The notes under the pieces: generated by a model
Seen by the model: the letters and a program-made list of their open reading frames with translations, nothing else
Databases searched by the model: none
What the model was told of the DNA's origin: nothing
From: a virus
Virus record (IMG/VR): IMGVR_UViG_3300046463_000164
DNA length: 64,000 nt
Reading direction: 5' to 3' (one strand)
Position numbers and translations under genes: made by a program
Part shown: in pieces, positions 16,513 to 26,403 of the stretch
Numbering within the stretch: the stretch's first letter is position 1
Layout of the letters: every line of letters begins with the position of its first letter

Positions 16513-17700
16513 TTATTCCTGTTTCAGTAGATAGCTGTTAGAGATAGCCTTGAAGCTAAATTGCGTCTGGTTAGACTTGAACACAATACCTTCCCGCTTC
16601 ACACCCTTGTTCATACCTGGACCTTCAGCAAACGCAAGGATTGCATCAATCAGAGCACGGATAGCAGTTTGGTCGCCAGTTTTAATGAGTTCAATATCCT
16701 TGGTGAAGTCGCTGAGTTTCGCGGTTTCATTCAGAACTTGAACATAGTTCAGACCGAGTTCAGTTGCGATAGCACGAGCATCCTTCGGCAGCATATATTC
16801 TTGCTTGTCGATATTGAACACATCGTAGATGTAAAACTCGGGCTTTTCAACCTTCTCATAGTTCGCTTGGATCGATGGGGAGATCAGTTCACCTTGAATC
16901 GCGATGTTCTGATTCAGATTCTCCAGGCGTTCCAGGATGCCTTCTTGCGCGACAAACTTAGCAAAATGGCTATCTCCCTTCGGGTCTAGATTCACATTCC
17001 GCGAGCAGACGCCTTGAGCAATATCAGGAATCGAGACAAAACCAAACTTCTTCTTGACCATCTGGGCCAACTTGCCAAACCAGCCCAGCTTCCGGTTTTC
17101 CCGCTTCCGAATTTCCTCAACATACGAGGTGAATTGCTCAGAATCCTTATTCAGATGGAATACCGTCATCGAAGAACCGTCAATCTTGATCGATACTTCA
17201 TAGTCGTCGTCAATATGACGAACCAGTTGACCAGCACTGTTCTGCACGCGCTCTTGATCAGTCTTGAAGATGAACGAAGGGAATGCCCAGCTGGAGCTTG
17301 CGCCGCTACTATTAGCATTTGCCTCGTTGAGACTTTCCCACTTCTCAATCTTCAAGACTTCGGTAACATCGTCACCTTCAGCCGGATTCTTGATCTCAGG
17401 AAAGTCCTTGACTTTCAGCACCAGACCCTGGGAGATTTGCTTACGCAGCTTAATCGTCTTAAGACGCATACCACGCTTGCTACCCCAGTTGATGAATCGA
17501 GGTTCGAAGGTCTTGTAACGAGGATCATCTGCGTTCAGGAAGGAGTCGATCTCATAATACACTGCAAGATCACCAACTGCGAAATCGCCCTTAGTAACAA
17601 CGACGCTCCACCCAAGAACGTCTACCACTTCGATCAGGTCCGCACCAGGAATCGGACGAATGTTTGTGATCTTTTGAATACTAGCAAGCTTTCTACTCAT
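16513..17700 (-). CDS. RNA ligase (DRB0094/Rnl2-like) with N-terminal OB-fold
   Basis: RKLASIQ..PIPGAD.IE N-terminus; KIDGSS, QGEL, REGIVFK and FKAISN.YL ligase motifs. Confidence 0.9.
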   Translation of the reverse strand: MSRKLASIQKITNIRPIPGADLIEVVDVLGWSVVVTKGDFAVGDLAVYYEIDSFLNADDPRYKTFEPRFINWGSKRGMRLKTIKLRKQISQGLVLKVKDFPEIKNPAEGDDVTEVLKIEKWESLNEANANSSGASSSWAFPSFIFKTDQERVQNSAGQLVRHIDDDYEVSIKIDGSSMTVFHLNKDSEQFTSYVEEIRKRENRKLGWFGKLAQMVKKKFGFVSIPDIAQGVCSRNVNLDPKGDSHFAKFVAQEGILERLENLNQNIAIQGELISPSIQANYEKVEKPEFYIYDVFNIDKQEYMLPKDARAIATELGLNYVQVLNETAKLSDFTKDIELIKTGDQTAIRALIDAILAFAEGPGMNKGVKREGIVFKSNQTQFSFKAISNSYLLKQE

Positions 17701-17724
17701 TCTTCTTTTATTCCTTTGTTGTTT

Positions 17725-17931
17725 TTAGCAAAACGCTACTTCACCGACATCCGGCAGTTGCCTTTGAATCAAGGCAGCGGTGATCTCAGCTGCTTCTCTC
17801 GACAAGCGAAAGCCCGTTACGTCACCTTTTAGATTGACGAATTCAATGAAAAAATCCGTACCATCATTGGCGACAGTAACCTTGCGTCCATCTTTGAACG
17901 TGATAACCGAACCGTTAAACGTTGGATTCAT
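17725..17931 (-). CDS. hypothetical protein
   Basis: internal ATG in ORF track frame. Confidence 0.55.
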   Translation of the reverse strand: MNPTFNGSVITFKDGRKVTVANDGTDFFIEFVNLKGDVTGFRLSREAAEITAALIQRQLPDVGEVAFC

Positions 17932-18277
17932 TTTCTGTCTCTGCCTTTTGTTGGGCGGCTTTGAAAGATTCTTCTGCTGCTTTAGCAAAAAGAACTCGTA
18001 GACCTTCAGTAGGGGTAAAGTCAATCGCATTTTGCTTGGGGACGAACTTTACACCAATATCCTCTCCCTTGAACATACCACATTCCTGATATTTGCGCAT
18101 CAGGCCGCGAACTAGCTGCTTGACTTGAATCAACAGAACGCCGTTCATAGCAACGCCATAGATACGACGCTTGATCATGAATACTTCGTTCATCAGCTGG
18201 AGCGCAGCTTGCAATTCCAGTTCTTCTTGGGTCGGCTCGACTTCCTGTACTTCTAGTTTTACTTGAGTTTCTGACAT
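17915..18277 (-). CDS. hypothetical protein
   Basis: ORF track. Confidence 0.7.
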   Translation of the reverse strand: MSETQVKLEVQEVEPTQEELELQAALQLMNEVFMIKRRIYGVAMNGVLLIQVKQLVRGLMRKYQECGMFKGEDIGVKFVPKQNAIDFTPTEGLRVLFAKAAEESFKAAQQKAETENESNV

Positions 18278-18690
18278 AGTTCCTTCAGACCTTTAAAATC
18301 TGCAATAATACGGTCAATTGATGTTTCGTTAATCTTACCGTTGACGAAACGGGTGATGATATCGTTGGCTACAGTTCCAGCCAAATCGTCCTTGGCGGTG
18401 AATACCTGACCATTGTAGATATATGCTGGAATTTCTTTAACCTGCGGCACAATGCTCTGCGTATCGCCATACGCCCTAAGCGAGCCTTTCGGGAAATACC
18501 AATAGTCCAACCAATCCTCGCCATCCCCTTTCACCAAAACTTTGGTATCCCCATGACGAGTAGTATCTTCCATGACGGTATATACTTTACCATCATTGAC
18601 ATACTGATCCATTTCGTCAACCCAAATTGAGGTGCCATATGTTGTATGAACCTTAGCTACCACTTCAACCTCGTTACCAGCTTTAAACAT
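18259..18690 (-). CDS. hypothetical protein, paralog-like to 12709-13092
   Basis: ATG after GGAG; FKAGNEVEVV..W.DEMD. Confidence 0.7.
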   Translation of the reverse strand: MFKAGNEVEVVAKVHTTYGTSIWVDEMDQYVNDGKVYTVMEDTTRHGDTKVLVKGDGEDWLDYWYFPKGSLRAYGDTQSIVPQVKEIPAYIYNGQVFTAKDDLAGTVANDIITRFVNGKINETSIDRIIADFKGLKELCQKLK

Positions 18691-18773
18691 TATCTCTCCA
18701 TCGGGGTTAATAAAAAACGACACATAGCTATTATACTATGTGTCGTTATAAAAGTAAATATGTAATTTCTGAC

Positions 18774-20051
18774 TTAAATCGTCACAGACTGAATGACGTA
18801 TGTACCTTGTTGCTTCTTAGTCTTGTAAGATGCGAGGGTTTCATCAAAGTTATACATCGGTTCATCGTCAACATTCTGTAGGTCAATCTTGATTCCGTCA
18901 ATCTCACCAAACTTGTTGTGAACCAAATAAACATTCTGCGATGCGCGACCCGAAAGATTCAATGCACGTTCAGAGTATGCATTACTGCCCGGCAGACCAG
19001 ATGATCTTGCATATAGATCAGAGACTTGAGCGCAGTGGATGTGTCCCATCAAAACATACGATATCAATGTACCCCTGATTGCGTATCGAGCTTTGATTTT
19101 CTCGATTTCGGATTCAGGATTTCGAGCCATGCCCTTGTGCAGATTTCCATGTACAAGGAGAATATTGTTACCATTGACATTAACTACAGCCTCCACCGGA
19201 TTTTCCACCGGAACAAATTTGATGCCAGCATGACCCTTGAACAGATAGGTCAACATGTTGTGGATTACAATATCATAAGAGTCGCCAGCAAGGAAGTCCG
19301 AGAAGTGAACGTGTTCACCAACGCGAGATTCGTTACCAGTAATACTTGCTACTGTTACGTTGAAATCCTTATTCAGATCAATAATAATCTGTTGGATGAT
19401 ATCTACTGCCAAGAATACGGCTCTTGAGCGATTAGTTGCTGCGTTAGTGATTTCATCCAAGCGACGGTCGCTGTTCAAAAGATCGCCTGTCAGGAACAGA
19501 GCAACTTCCTTGACTCCATTAGCTTTGAACAGAGGTTTCGCCTTGCGGATTAGCTTGTGTAGACGCTTAGATGCGATTTCAAAGTTGAACTCATTATCAC
19601 GTAGGTCATCAATAAGTTCATTGAAGTGAACATCGCTTAGTTGGACAATACCTACCGGAGCTTGACTGGCGGTGTATTCATGCAGCTTGGTTCTGGAGAA
19701 CTCATTCTTGTCCAGCACTTCCTTCATACCTTGATGAAGGGCTAGAATCATATTGTCTACGCGTGCGTGTTCCCGGAATGACTTACGTTCAACGCGTTGA
19801 ACATCTTGTAGCTTGAATACCTTCTTAGCCAGCTTGATGTTCTCGTCAACGATCTCAGCATCGTCAATGCCATCAAAATCCTCGACAGACTCGAATACTT
19901 CCGGGATTCCCTTTAGCTTTACAAGCAGGCGGCTAACCGTTGAACGAGAAATACCCAGTTCAGCCGCAATAGCCGTCTTTGTTTGGCCTTCTTCTGCCAG
20001 CTGCAATAGTTGTTCAATTTCTTCTGATGTGAGTTTTGTATTAATGCTCAA
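18774..20051 (-). CDS. HTH plus calcineurin-like metallophosphoesterase
   Basis: IAAELGISRSTVSR HTH; SDVH, GDL, GNE, HG and GHIH motifs. Confidence 0.85.
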   Translation of the reverse strand: MSINTKLTSEEIEQLLQLAEEGQTKTAIAAELGISRSTVSRLLVKLKGIPEVFESVEDFDGIDDAEIVDENIKLAKKVFKLQDVQRVERKSFREHARVDNMILALHQGMKEVLDKNEFSRTKLHEYTASQAPVGIVQLSDVHFNELIDDLRDNEFNFEIASKRLHKLIRKAKPLFKANGVKEVALFLTGDLLNSDRRLDEITNAATNRSRAVFLAVDIIQQIIIDLNKDFNVTVASITGNESRVGEHVHFSDFLAGDSYDIVIHNMLTYLFKGHAGIKFVPVENPVEAVVNVNGNNILLVHGNLHKGMARNPESEIEKIKARYAIRGTLISYVLMGHIHCAQVSDLYARSSGLPGSNAYSERALNLSGRASQNVYLVHNKFGEIDGIKIDLQNVDDEPMYNFDETLASYKTKKQQGTYVIQSVTI

Positions 20052-20052
20052 G

Positions 20053-21078
20053 TTAGGTTCCTCTTATTTTATTGAACACCAACTTGGCTTTGAGACCTTG
20101 ATAAGTGTTCCGCTTAATCACGCTTTCGATATCATCTAAGGATAATCCGCCATCCTTGACGGCATCATTGATATCCTTCCATTCAAACTCTTTTGGAAAT
20201 AAGACAACTTTGACTCCCGACCCAATTGCCTTATCGATATGACGACAAACATCTTTATTCCGATATTGAGCGTCATAGATATACACGTCACCCTCTACCT
20301 TAGTCAGGTCAGCGTCTGCCGAAGCTAGACAGTTATCAACAAACATACTGTCAATCGGACCTTCGCAAACTCTAACCTCTCGACTGCGATCAACTCTATC
20401 CATACCAAACACCTTAGACACCGCGTCGTGTTTCTTGACTGTGATGTATCTAATTTTGTCTGTTGGATCTAGAGAACGGCCTTGATAACACAAAAGCTCG
20501 CCAAACTCATTGTAAAATGGGATGACGAGCCTTTTGTCTTCTGGCATCTTCTTCGCATATTCCTCATCTTTGAAAGACGCGGTCATTGCTCTGAAGTTTT
20601 CTGTGTACATCAGATAGTCTAGGTATTTATCGGGGATCAAACGACCCTTAACATACCGAACAGCTAGATTATCCTCAGGCAAATCTGAAAGTTTGGCGGC
20701 TCCAACAAGCTCAACAGTATCCAGGCGCGGATCAATCACCGGACTGGTTTCTGTTGCTGTCTCTTGAAACATCTGTCTAGGCTCTCTCCCGAACTTATCC
20801 CGGAACTTCTCAAGACGATATTCGCGGAAAAGCCCTGGGTCCCAGTCTTTCAGAAATGAATGGAATGACATCGAAAAGCCGCAGTTTTTACATTCAACAT
20901 TGTACCCCGTGGAACCATACTTAACATTCTCATAGAAATAGAAACGCGTGCGAGTGCCCTTTCTACCATCACCGCACTGAGGACACTTACACAACGCAAC
21001 GTTGGGTCTAATCCATTTAAACCTTTCAAGGCGTCCTGATAGAAAATTAACATATTGCTTATCAATCAGAACCGACAT
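20053..21078 (-). CDS. 61: DNA primase (T4 gp61-like)
   Basis: CPQCGD..CKNC zinc ribbon; LVIPF, YQGR, EGPIDSMF and KDIND motifs. Confidence 0.92.
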   Translation of the reverse strand: MSVLIDKQYVNFLSGRLERFKWIRPNVALCKCPQCGDGRKGTRTRFYFYENVKYGSTGYNVECKNCGFSMSFHSFLKDWDPGLFREYRLEKFRDKFGREPRQMFQETATETSPVIDPRLDTVELVGAAKLSDLPEDNLAVRYVKGRLIPDKYLDYLMYTENFRAMTASFKDEEYAKKMPEDKRLVIPFYNEFGELLCYQGRSLDPTDKIRYITVKKHDAVSKVFGMDRVDRSREVRVCEGPIDSMFVDNCLASADADLTKVEGDVYIYDAQYRNKDVCRHIDKAIGSGVKVVLFPKEFEWKDINDAVKDGGLSLDDIESVIKRNTYQGLKAKLVFNKIRGT

Positions 21079-21081
21079 CTA

Positions 21082-22800
21082 TTACGCCTCCACAGTCATA
21101 TCGTCCTTCAGACGGTATGTGATCCTACGATCAAAATATTCATCAAATTCAGCAGCACGTTGACTGATGACGATCAGGTTAGTATCCTGACCAATAGTTC
21201 CCCACATGTCCATAAATTCCTCAACGCCTGAAGCCGATAGGTTTTCCAGGATTTCGTCTAGGATGAGAACATTGCAATCTACAGACGCTTTCGACTTCGC
21301 AATTTCTCGCCATGCAAGAAGGACAGCAAGATCGATACGCCGAAGTTGACCCGTTGAAAGGTTCCCCAGAGTCTGACCCTTGCGGTCGGGCGCAAACATG
21401 GCAACGTTAAACTCAGAGTCGATGTTGATCTGAACATATAAGTTTAACTGGTCTAGGATGTTATTTATAGCCTGATTCAGATATGGAACATACTGAGCTA
21501 CGATATTCGCTTTGATTCCATCGTCCTTCAGAATCTGAAGCAACTGCATATGTTCATCTTCTTGACTTTGAAGAAGATTTAACGCGCCAGTCTTTTCCTC
21601 AACTTCAGTATCAATCTTGAAACATTCCGCCTTCTCAGCCTGAATCAGATCATCTTCGTTCGAATCCACCATTTTGGCTTCGATATTTCTGATGTTAGTT
21701 CGGATAGACGATAGCTTAGTATCCAACTGGAACTTTACCTGACTAATCTTCTGATATTCAGCTTCGATTGCATTGTTGTTGTTAACCGCCTCTTGATACT
21801 TGGCGATTTCTTCTTCCAACTTCATCATTGGACCAACTAGCTCATCGCGTTTGATATCAGAATCTAACCGGATGCTATGCTTGTGCTCTTCAGTAACTGC
21901 TTGCTTGCAAGTCGGACAATCATGCAAAGACGTGATATTTTCGGCTGCTTTTGAAATATCGTCTAGCTTCATCTGAAAACGCTGATACATGGTCTTAACC
22001 TTACTCAAACTAGGTAAGGCGGTATCATCAATCTTGCTACTCAGAGTCGTCATCTTATCTGTGGCCATATTGATAAGAGTTACCGTCTTTTGCGCTTCTG
22101 ACTTCAGACCATCTAGTTCAGACCCGGTTTCCGCAAGTCTAGCTTTTTTCTTGTCTTCCAGAATCTGAACCGTTCGCTGACGACCTGCTAGCTTCGATTC
22201 CAGCAAACCGATATCATACATCGCTTGTTCGATCTGTTTACGAATCGCCTTAACCTTATCCTTGGTCAGCGTATTCATATGCGAGATAACAACCATATCC
22301 AGCATCTGTTCAACGAAGTCTCTACGTTCCTGAGTCTTCATCTGAACAAACGGAACAAATCGATCAACTCCTAGAGCAACGATGTTACAGAATGCCCGCT
22401 TGTCCATGCCGACGACTGATTGCAGATACGCTTGCATATCTCCGCCAGCAGCTTCGTTCTCAATCAGCTTGCCTTCACGATACAACTCAAATACAGCTGG
22501 CTTGTAACCGCGCTTCAGATTCCACTTAACGCCGCGAGTCTCGAAATCCAAAGTGACTAGACAGTCCTTGTTTGATTTCGAATTCACCAGACCGCCGATC
22601 TTACAATCTTTACCGTATGGTTCACCGAACAGAGCGAAATACAACGCCCAGATTGCTAGAGTTGACTTACCGCTGCCATTGTCGGTAGAAGCGATCAAGG
22701 TTGAAGGCGAAGCCAGATAATTGATAGATAACGGCATGTTACCGATACTTCGGAAATTCTTAGCCGTCAGTTCACCAAATACTATCTTATTGTCCGCCAC
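21082..22800 (-). CDS. 46: Rad50-like recombination ATPase (gp46)
   Basis: NGSGKST, CPTC zinc hook, LSTGQ signature, LILDE. Confidence 0.93.
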   Translation of the reverse strand: MADNKIVFGELTAKNFRSIGNMPLSINYLASPSTLIASTDNGSGKSTLAIWALYFALFGEPYGKDCKIGGLVNSKSNKDCLVTLDFETRGVKWNLKRGYKPAVFELYREGKLIENEAAGGDMQAYLQSVVGMDKRAFCNIVALGVDRFVPFVQMKTQERRDFVEQMLDMVVISHMNTLTKDKVKAIRKQIEQAMYDIGLLESKLAGRQRTVQILEDKKKARLAETGSELDGLKSEAQKTVTLINMATDKMTTLSSKIDDTALPSLSKVKTMYQRFQMKLDDISKAAENITSLHDCPTCKQAVTEEHKHSIRLDSDIKRDELVGPMMKLEEEIAKYQEAVNNNNAIEAEYQKISQVKFQLDTKLSSIRTNIRNIEAKMVDSNEDDLIQAEKAECFKIDTEVEEKTGALNLLQSQEDEHMQLLQILKDDGIKANIVAQYVPYLNQAINNILDQLNLYVQINIDSEFNVAMFAPDRKGQTLGNLSTGQLRRIDLAVLLAWREIAKSKASVDCNVLILDEILENLSASGVEEFMDMWGTIGQDTNLIVISQRAAEFDEYFDRRITYRLKDDMTVEA

Positions 22801-23872
22801 TCAAAACCTCCATATAAACACTCTTGGCCAATTCCTTCAGCCGATCTTTGTTAATTTCTTCGCCCTGTTTGTCGATATAGGCGTTCATAGCCGATAGAGT
22901 ATCTAGCGCAAGAACCTCTTCAGAAATCTCAACCTTCTCTACTTCAACCATTGTGGTATCAATAATCTTGTAGTCGATCATCTCAGCTTTGGTTAGCAGA
23001 TCAACAAACTTCTTGTAATGCTTCACCTCAGGCTTTTCCTTCACCAGAATCTTAGCAATCGTGCCCTTGTAGGCTTCCAGAGACTTAGCATCATATTTCT
23101 CAGCCGGATCATATTCAATGACAGAGAACAGAGTCATATGATCTTCGTTCTTATGAAGTTCCAATTCGTCTGTGTCTAGATCAAGAGTCCAGAAGCCCCG
23201 ATTGTTTCCATCCTGAACATCACCCCAGGTAATGTGATACGGTGTACCAACCATCGTTACATTGGTATGTTGAGACACCGTATGGAAGTGACCGCTGATG
23301 ACTCGCTTGAACTTCTTGAATTCCTTCGGATCAATGCCGTGTTCACAGAGAACACCAGGAATCATCGGCATACCGGCCATTTCAAAGTGACCAAAAACGT
23401 AGTCGGCTTTGAGCCCGGCCAGTTCTTCAAACAACCTAGTCTTGTTGTTCTTGTTGATCCAAGGCATCAATACAATTGTTTTACCGCCTTGCCGGAAGAA
23501 ATGATTACAATCAATAGCTGCATCAAACATGATATGATCATCATTCAATAGCATCAATAGATTAAGAGAACAAATTTCATTACTATCACGATAGAACATC
23601 TCATGATTACCGCCGTATGTATACCAACGTTCTATGCCATACTTTTTCAAAAGCGGCGAAAACTCGTTGATGAAGAAATGAAGTACGTTCAGCTTGATAT
23701 GCTGACGGGTATCAAACATATCTCCAGTTTGGATGATAGTCGTGATCCCCATAGCTTGAATCTTCTTCAGGGCTTCTTCCAACCAGTAAATCTGGAAGGC
23801 CAGAAAATCGTTGTTTCCTGCTTTTACGCCGAAATGCATATCACCAATGATAGCGACTTTATTCGAATTCAA
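22787..23872 (-). CDS. 47: Mre11-like recombination nuclease (gp47)
   Basis: GDMHFG, GDMFD, GNHE and SGHFH motifs; adjacent to gp46. Confidence 0.93.
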   Translation of the reverse strand: MNSNKVAIIGDMHFGVKAGNNDFLAFQIYWLEEALKKIQAMGITTIIQTGDMFDTRQHIKLNVLHFFINEFSPLLKKYGIERWYTYGGNHEMFYRDSNEICSLNLLMLLNDDHIMFDAAIDCNHFFRQGGKTIVLMPWINKNNKTRLFEELAGLKADYVFGHFEMAGMPMIPGVLCEHGIDPKEFKKFKRVISGHFHTVSQHTNVTMVGTPYHITWGDVQDGNNRGFWTLDLDTDELELHKNEDHMTLFSVIEYDPAEKYDAKSLEAYKGTIAKILVKEKPEVKHYKKFVDLLTKAEMIDYKIIDTTMVEVEKVEISEEVLALDTLSAMNAYIDKQGEEINKDRLKELAKSVYMEVLSGGQ

Positions 23873-24569
23873 TATTCAGCTCCTCACCCAATTCAAGATC
23901 AACATCTTCAGGAGTATCTTCAGCCGCAGACAGATCAAACATGAAGCTATCGAATTCTACTTTCTTCTCACGCTTTTTCTGTTTATCAAGTCCATACTTC
24001 TCTTCATATTCGGCAATCTTGCTCATGAAGTCTTGACCCAGAGCACCGATATCCGCTGTTTCACCATCACCGCTCAAGTCTGCCATATCTTCATCGCGGA
24101 ATGCGTCAGCGCCACCCAGAAGTTGGAAACTCTTATACTTGAGATACTGTTCGCGTTTCTCAGCGTCGATACGGTGGGTGAAGCTACGCCAGATAATCAT
24201 ATTGATATAACCGAACGCGCTGACCTTACCTTTCTTCTCGGACTTCTTCTTAGGGTTGAAGTTGTGAATATATTTGACGCAGTGAAGAATCGCGTCCGAC
24301 TTCATTTCATCCAAATACGAATAGGCATGGAAGTTGTGACGTTTGCCCATCGCTTCTGACATATCGTAAATCGCTTCACCAACGGCCTCGGGCAGCTTGG
24401 GGCGTTCTTGACCTGCCGCAACTAGAGCATCAAAGCGTTCTTTCCATTCGGAGAGGATAGCAGTCAGATGATCATCATCAATATAATGTCGGCTAGGCTT
24501 TGCTGCTACGGGAGCATCTTTGGAGAAGGAAATTGACTCTACTTCGTTGTCTTCAATAAGTTCAGGCAT
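23859..24569 (-). CDS. 55: late-transcription sigma factor (gp55)
   Basis: HYID, NF..YSY.DEM.SDAI, NF.P.K and AF.Y...I...F..RI..EK; T4-like synteny. Confidence 0.88.
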   Translation of the reverse strand: MPELIEDNEVESISFSKDAPVAAKPSRHYIDDDHLTAILSEWKERFDALVAAGQERPKLPEAVGEAIYDMSEAMGKRHNFHAYSYLDEMKSDAILHCVKYIHNFNPKKKSEKKGKVSAFGYINMIIWRSFTHRIDAEKREQYLKYKSFQLLGGADAFRDEDMADLSGDGETADIGALGQDFMSKIAEYEEKYGLDKQKKREKKVEFDSFMFDLSAAEDTPEDVDLELGEELNIEFE

Positions 24570-25062
24570 TCAGCAACCTTTCATGTGAAATCTTTTGTAC
24601 ATCATATTTATCATTGGACATTGACATATCCACGTTTCTTGAACCGAAACCAGCGTATTCGTCTGCTAGTTCGTTTCCGTAAGTACCTGCGTGTCCCTTA
24701 ACCCAGCTAATTTTGGCATTGCCGTGCTTATCCCAGGCTTCAAAGAGCGGGATGAACATATCTGGATTTTTGATACCTTGGTATTTGTTTCGCTTCCAGC
24801 CGTGTCGCCATTCATTGATGGACTTAACGACATATTGCGAATCGGAATAGATTTGGATTTCCCAGTCTTTCTTGTCCGCGAATGTCAGCATCGTAAATAA
24901 AACTCCGCCAATCTCGCCTCGATTATTTGAGGATGGGGCAGGGAGGTGCCCATATCGAACAAATTTCTTTTGACCCATCATGAAGACCGCGCTCCAACCA
25001 CCGACACAGTCGGGTTTGCCATTTGCGATCGATGAGCCGTCAGTCCATACTTCAAGCTTCAT
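24562..25062 (-). CDS. rnhA: ribonuclease HI
   Basis: TDGS, NNRGE, SDSQYV and WVKGHAG..GNE.AD motifs. Confidence 0.92.
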   Translation of the reverse strand: MKLEVWTDGSSIANGKPDCVGGWSAVFMMGQKKFVRYGHLPAPSSNNRGEIGGVLFTMLTFADKKDWEIQIYSDSQYVVKSINEWRHGWKRNKYQGIKNPDMFIPLFEAWDKHGNAKISWVKGHAGTYGNELADEYAGFGSRNVDMSMSNDKYDVQKISHERLLNA

Positions 25063-25303
25063 TCATTTCCTAATCAGTTAACACTATAGGAATTATACTA
25101 TGGAGTATGTGAAAAGTAAAGTCCTTTCTATGAGTTTTTATTAGCAGTGATAGGTGAGTCCGTAACGGCTCGGGCTATCCTTTACTATACCTATAGGATA
25201 AAGCCCGCCTGCGGCCTGCTAATCGTTGCCTATCGACATCTTAACCGGTTACACTACCAGGAAACCTTATATAAAACTTTCATAAAAATAAGTGAAATAC
25301 CAC

Positions 25304-25332
25304 TTTACTTTTACATAGGATGGGGGTATAAT
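25304..25332 (+). promoter_or_regulatory. rightward sigma70-like promoter TTTACT-17-TATAAT with no downstream ORF
   Basis: exact match to the recurring phage promoter motif. Confidence 0.8.
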
Positions 25333-25338
25333 ATCGGC

Positions 25339-25664
25339 TGTTGTAAAGTTTGCGTGGACGGTAAGACAAGACGGTGGCGCGCTAACTTGTAATTGGAACA
25401 CCACGCATCGAAGATATTCCAAACCCTGCAATCTAAGCGGATACGCTTGCATGACCCTAGGGCTTCGACTGTTAGATAATCACGACAGCGTAAGAGGGTG
25501 TAGCTTTCATCGGACGATTATGTAACCGATGGGCCTATGGCTCCGTATATGGGAGGCATTGGAAGATGAGCTACGGGCTTAATTGCCCGGGCTATCTTTC
25601 GCCTAATCACCGTGCTGGGGTCGAAAGGATAAAATAAAACCCCTTAGAGTAAACTAAGGGGTTT
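25339..25664 (+). ncRNA. candidate structured ncRNA of about 320 nt
   Basis: between promoter and terminator; many nested stems; no ORF in the track on this strand. Confidence 0.65.
25637..25664. terminator. hairpin terminator AAACCCCTTAG-agtaaa-CTAAGGGGTTT, probably bidirectional
   Basis: 11-bp perfect stem between convergent units. Confidence 0.75.
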
Positions 25665-25679
25665 GTTTCTACATAGGGA

Positions 25680-26045
25680 TTATACTGAACCTAGATCATA
25701 CAGCGTAGCATAGGATACTTTCTGATAAGTACCCGGTGCCTGCTTAAGATACAGGCCATTGATTAGGGCAGTATCTCCCCAAACTCTCACTAGCAAACCA
25801 ACTTCTAGAGTTGAATCGGCCGCAATCATATCACTATAAAGGCGCTGGTCAACCACCTTCTGAACATAATGAAAACGCGTCAGATCAGCCACGATGCCAG
25901 ACAGCGTTTTGATTGTATTGCCGTTATCCAGAGCAACAGTGTCCGTTGCGGCACCATTGATGAAGGCGTTGAGTTTTGCGTTCAATGCAGATAACTGATC
26001 GATCAATGTTGAATATTGTTGATCAAGAGCCGGTTGTTGGATCAT
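25680..26045 (-). CDS. hypothetical late protein
   Basis: ORF track; downstream of holin-like gene. Confidence 0.7.
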   Translation of the reverse strand: MIQQPALDQQYSTLIDQLSALNAKLNAFINGAATDTVALDNGNTIKTLSGIVADLTRFHYVQKVVDQRLYSDMIAADSTLEVGLLVRVWGDTALINGLYLKQAPGTYQKVSYATLYDLGSV

Positions 26046-26389
26046 TTATTGTCCTCTCCTTCTCCCAAATCGAATGGGGTGATCTTTTCAAGAATACCCT
26101 TAACCAATCGGGAAATATAAGCATTAAAAATGTCCAATAGTGGAAAGACGCAGAAGCCGGACATTAGTAGCAACCCATCGTGATATTGATGCAGGCTATC
26201 AGGTATCATTGAGCCTACTACCTGACCTACAAAGAATGACAGTAGAACACAAACGATAAACGATAGAATGGAGAAAGGTTTTTCTCCCTTATATAACTGA
26301 TACAGCGCTTGAGCAGCGCCACCAAACGAAGCAAGCACCCCAGCAGCAGCCAAGTCTGATATACGGTCTATAAAACTAGAAACTGTCAT
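26042..26389 (-). CDS. putative holin (3 TM)
   Basis: three hydrophobic segments, FGG and SGF motifs, charged tail. Confidence 0.65.
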   Translation of the reverse strand: MTVSSFIDRISDLAAAGVLASFGGAAQALYQLYKGEKPFSILSFIVCVLLSFFVGQVVGSMIPDSLHQYHDGLLLMSGFCVFPLLDIFNAYISRLVKGILEKITPFDLGEGEDNK

Positions 26390-26403
26390 GGTCAGTCCTA
26401 TTA

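Noticed and set aside
17014-17832. 272-aa plus-strand ORF
   Set aside because: Antisense shadow of the RNA ligase gene; no motifs.
25339-25664. tmRNA, RNase P RNA or group I intron identity for the structured RNA
   Set aside because: No tRNA-like ends or T-arm, no RNase P GAGGAAAGUCC-type motif, and it does not interrupt a gene.
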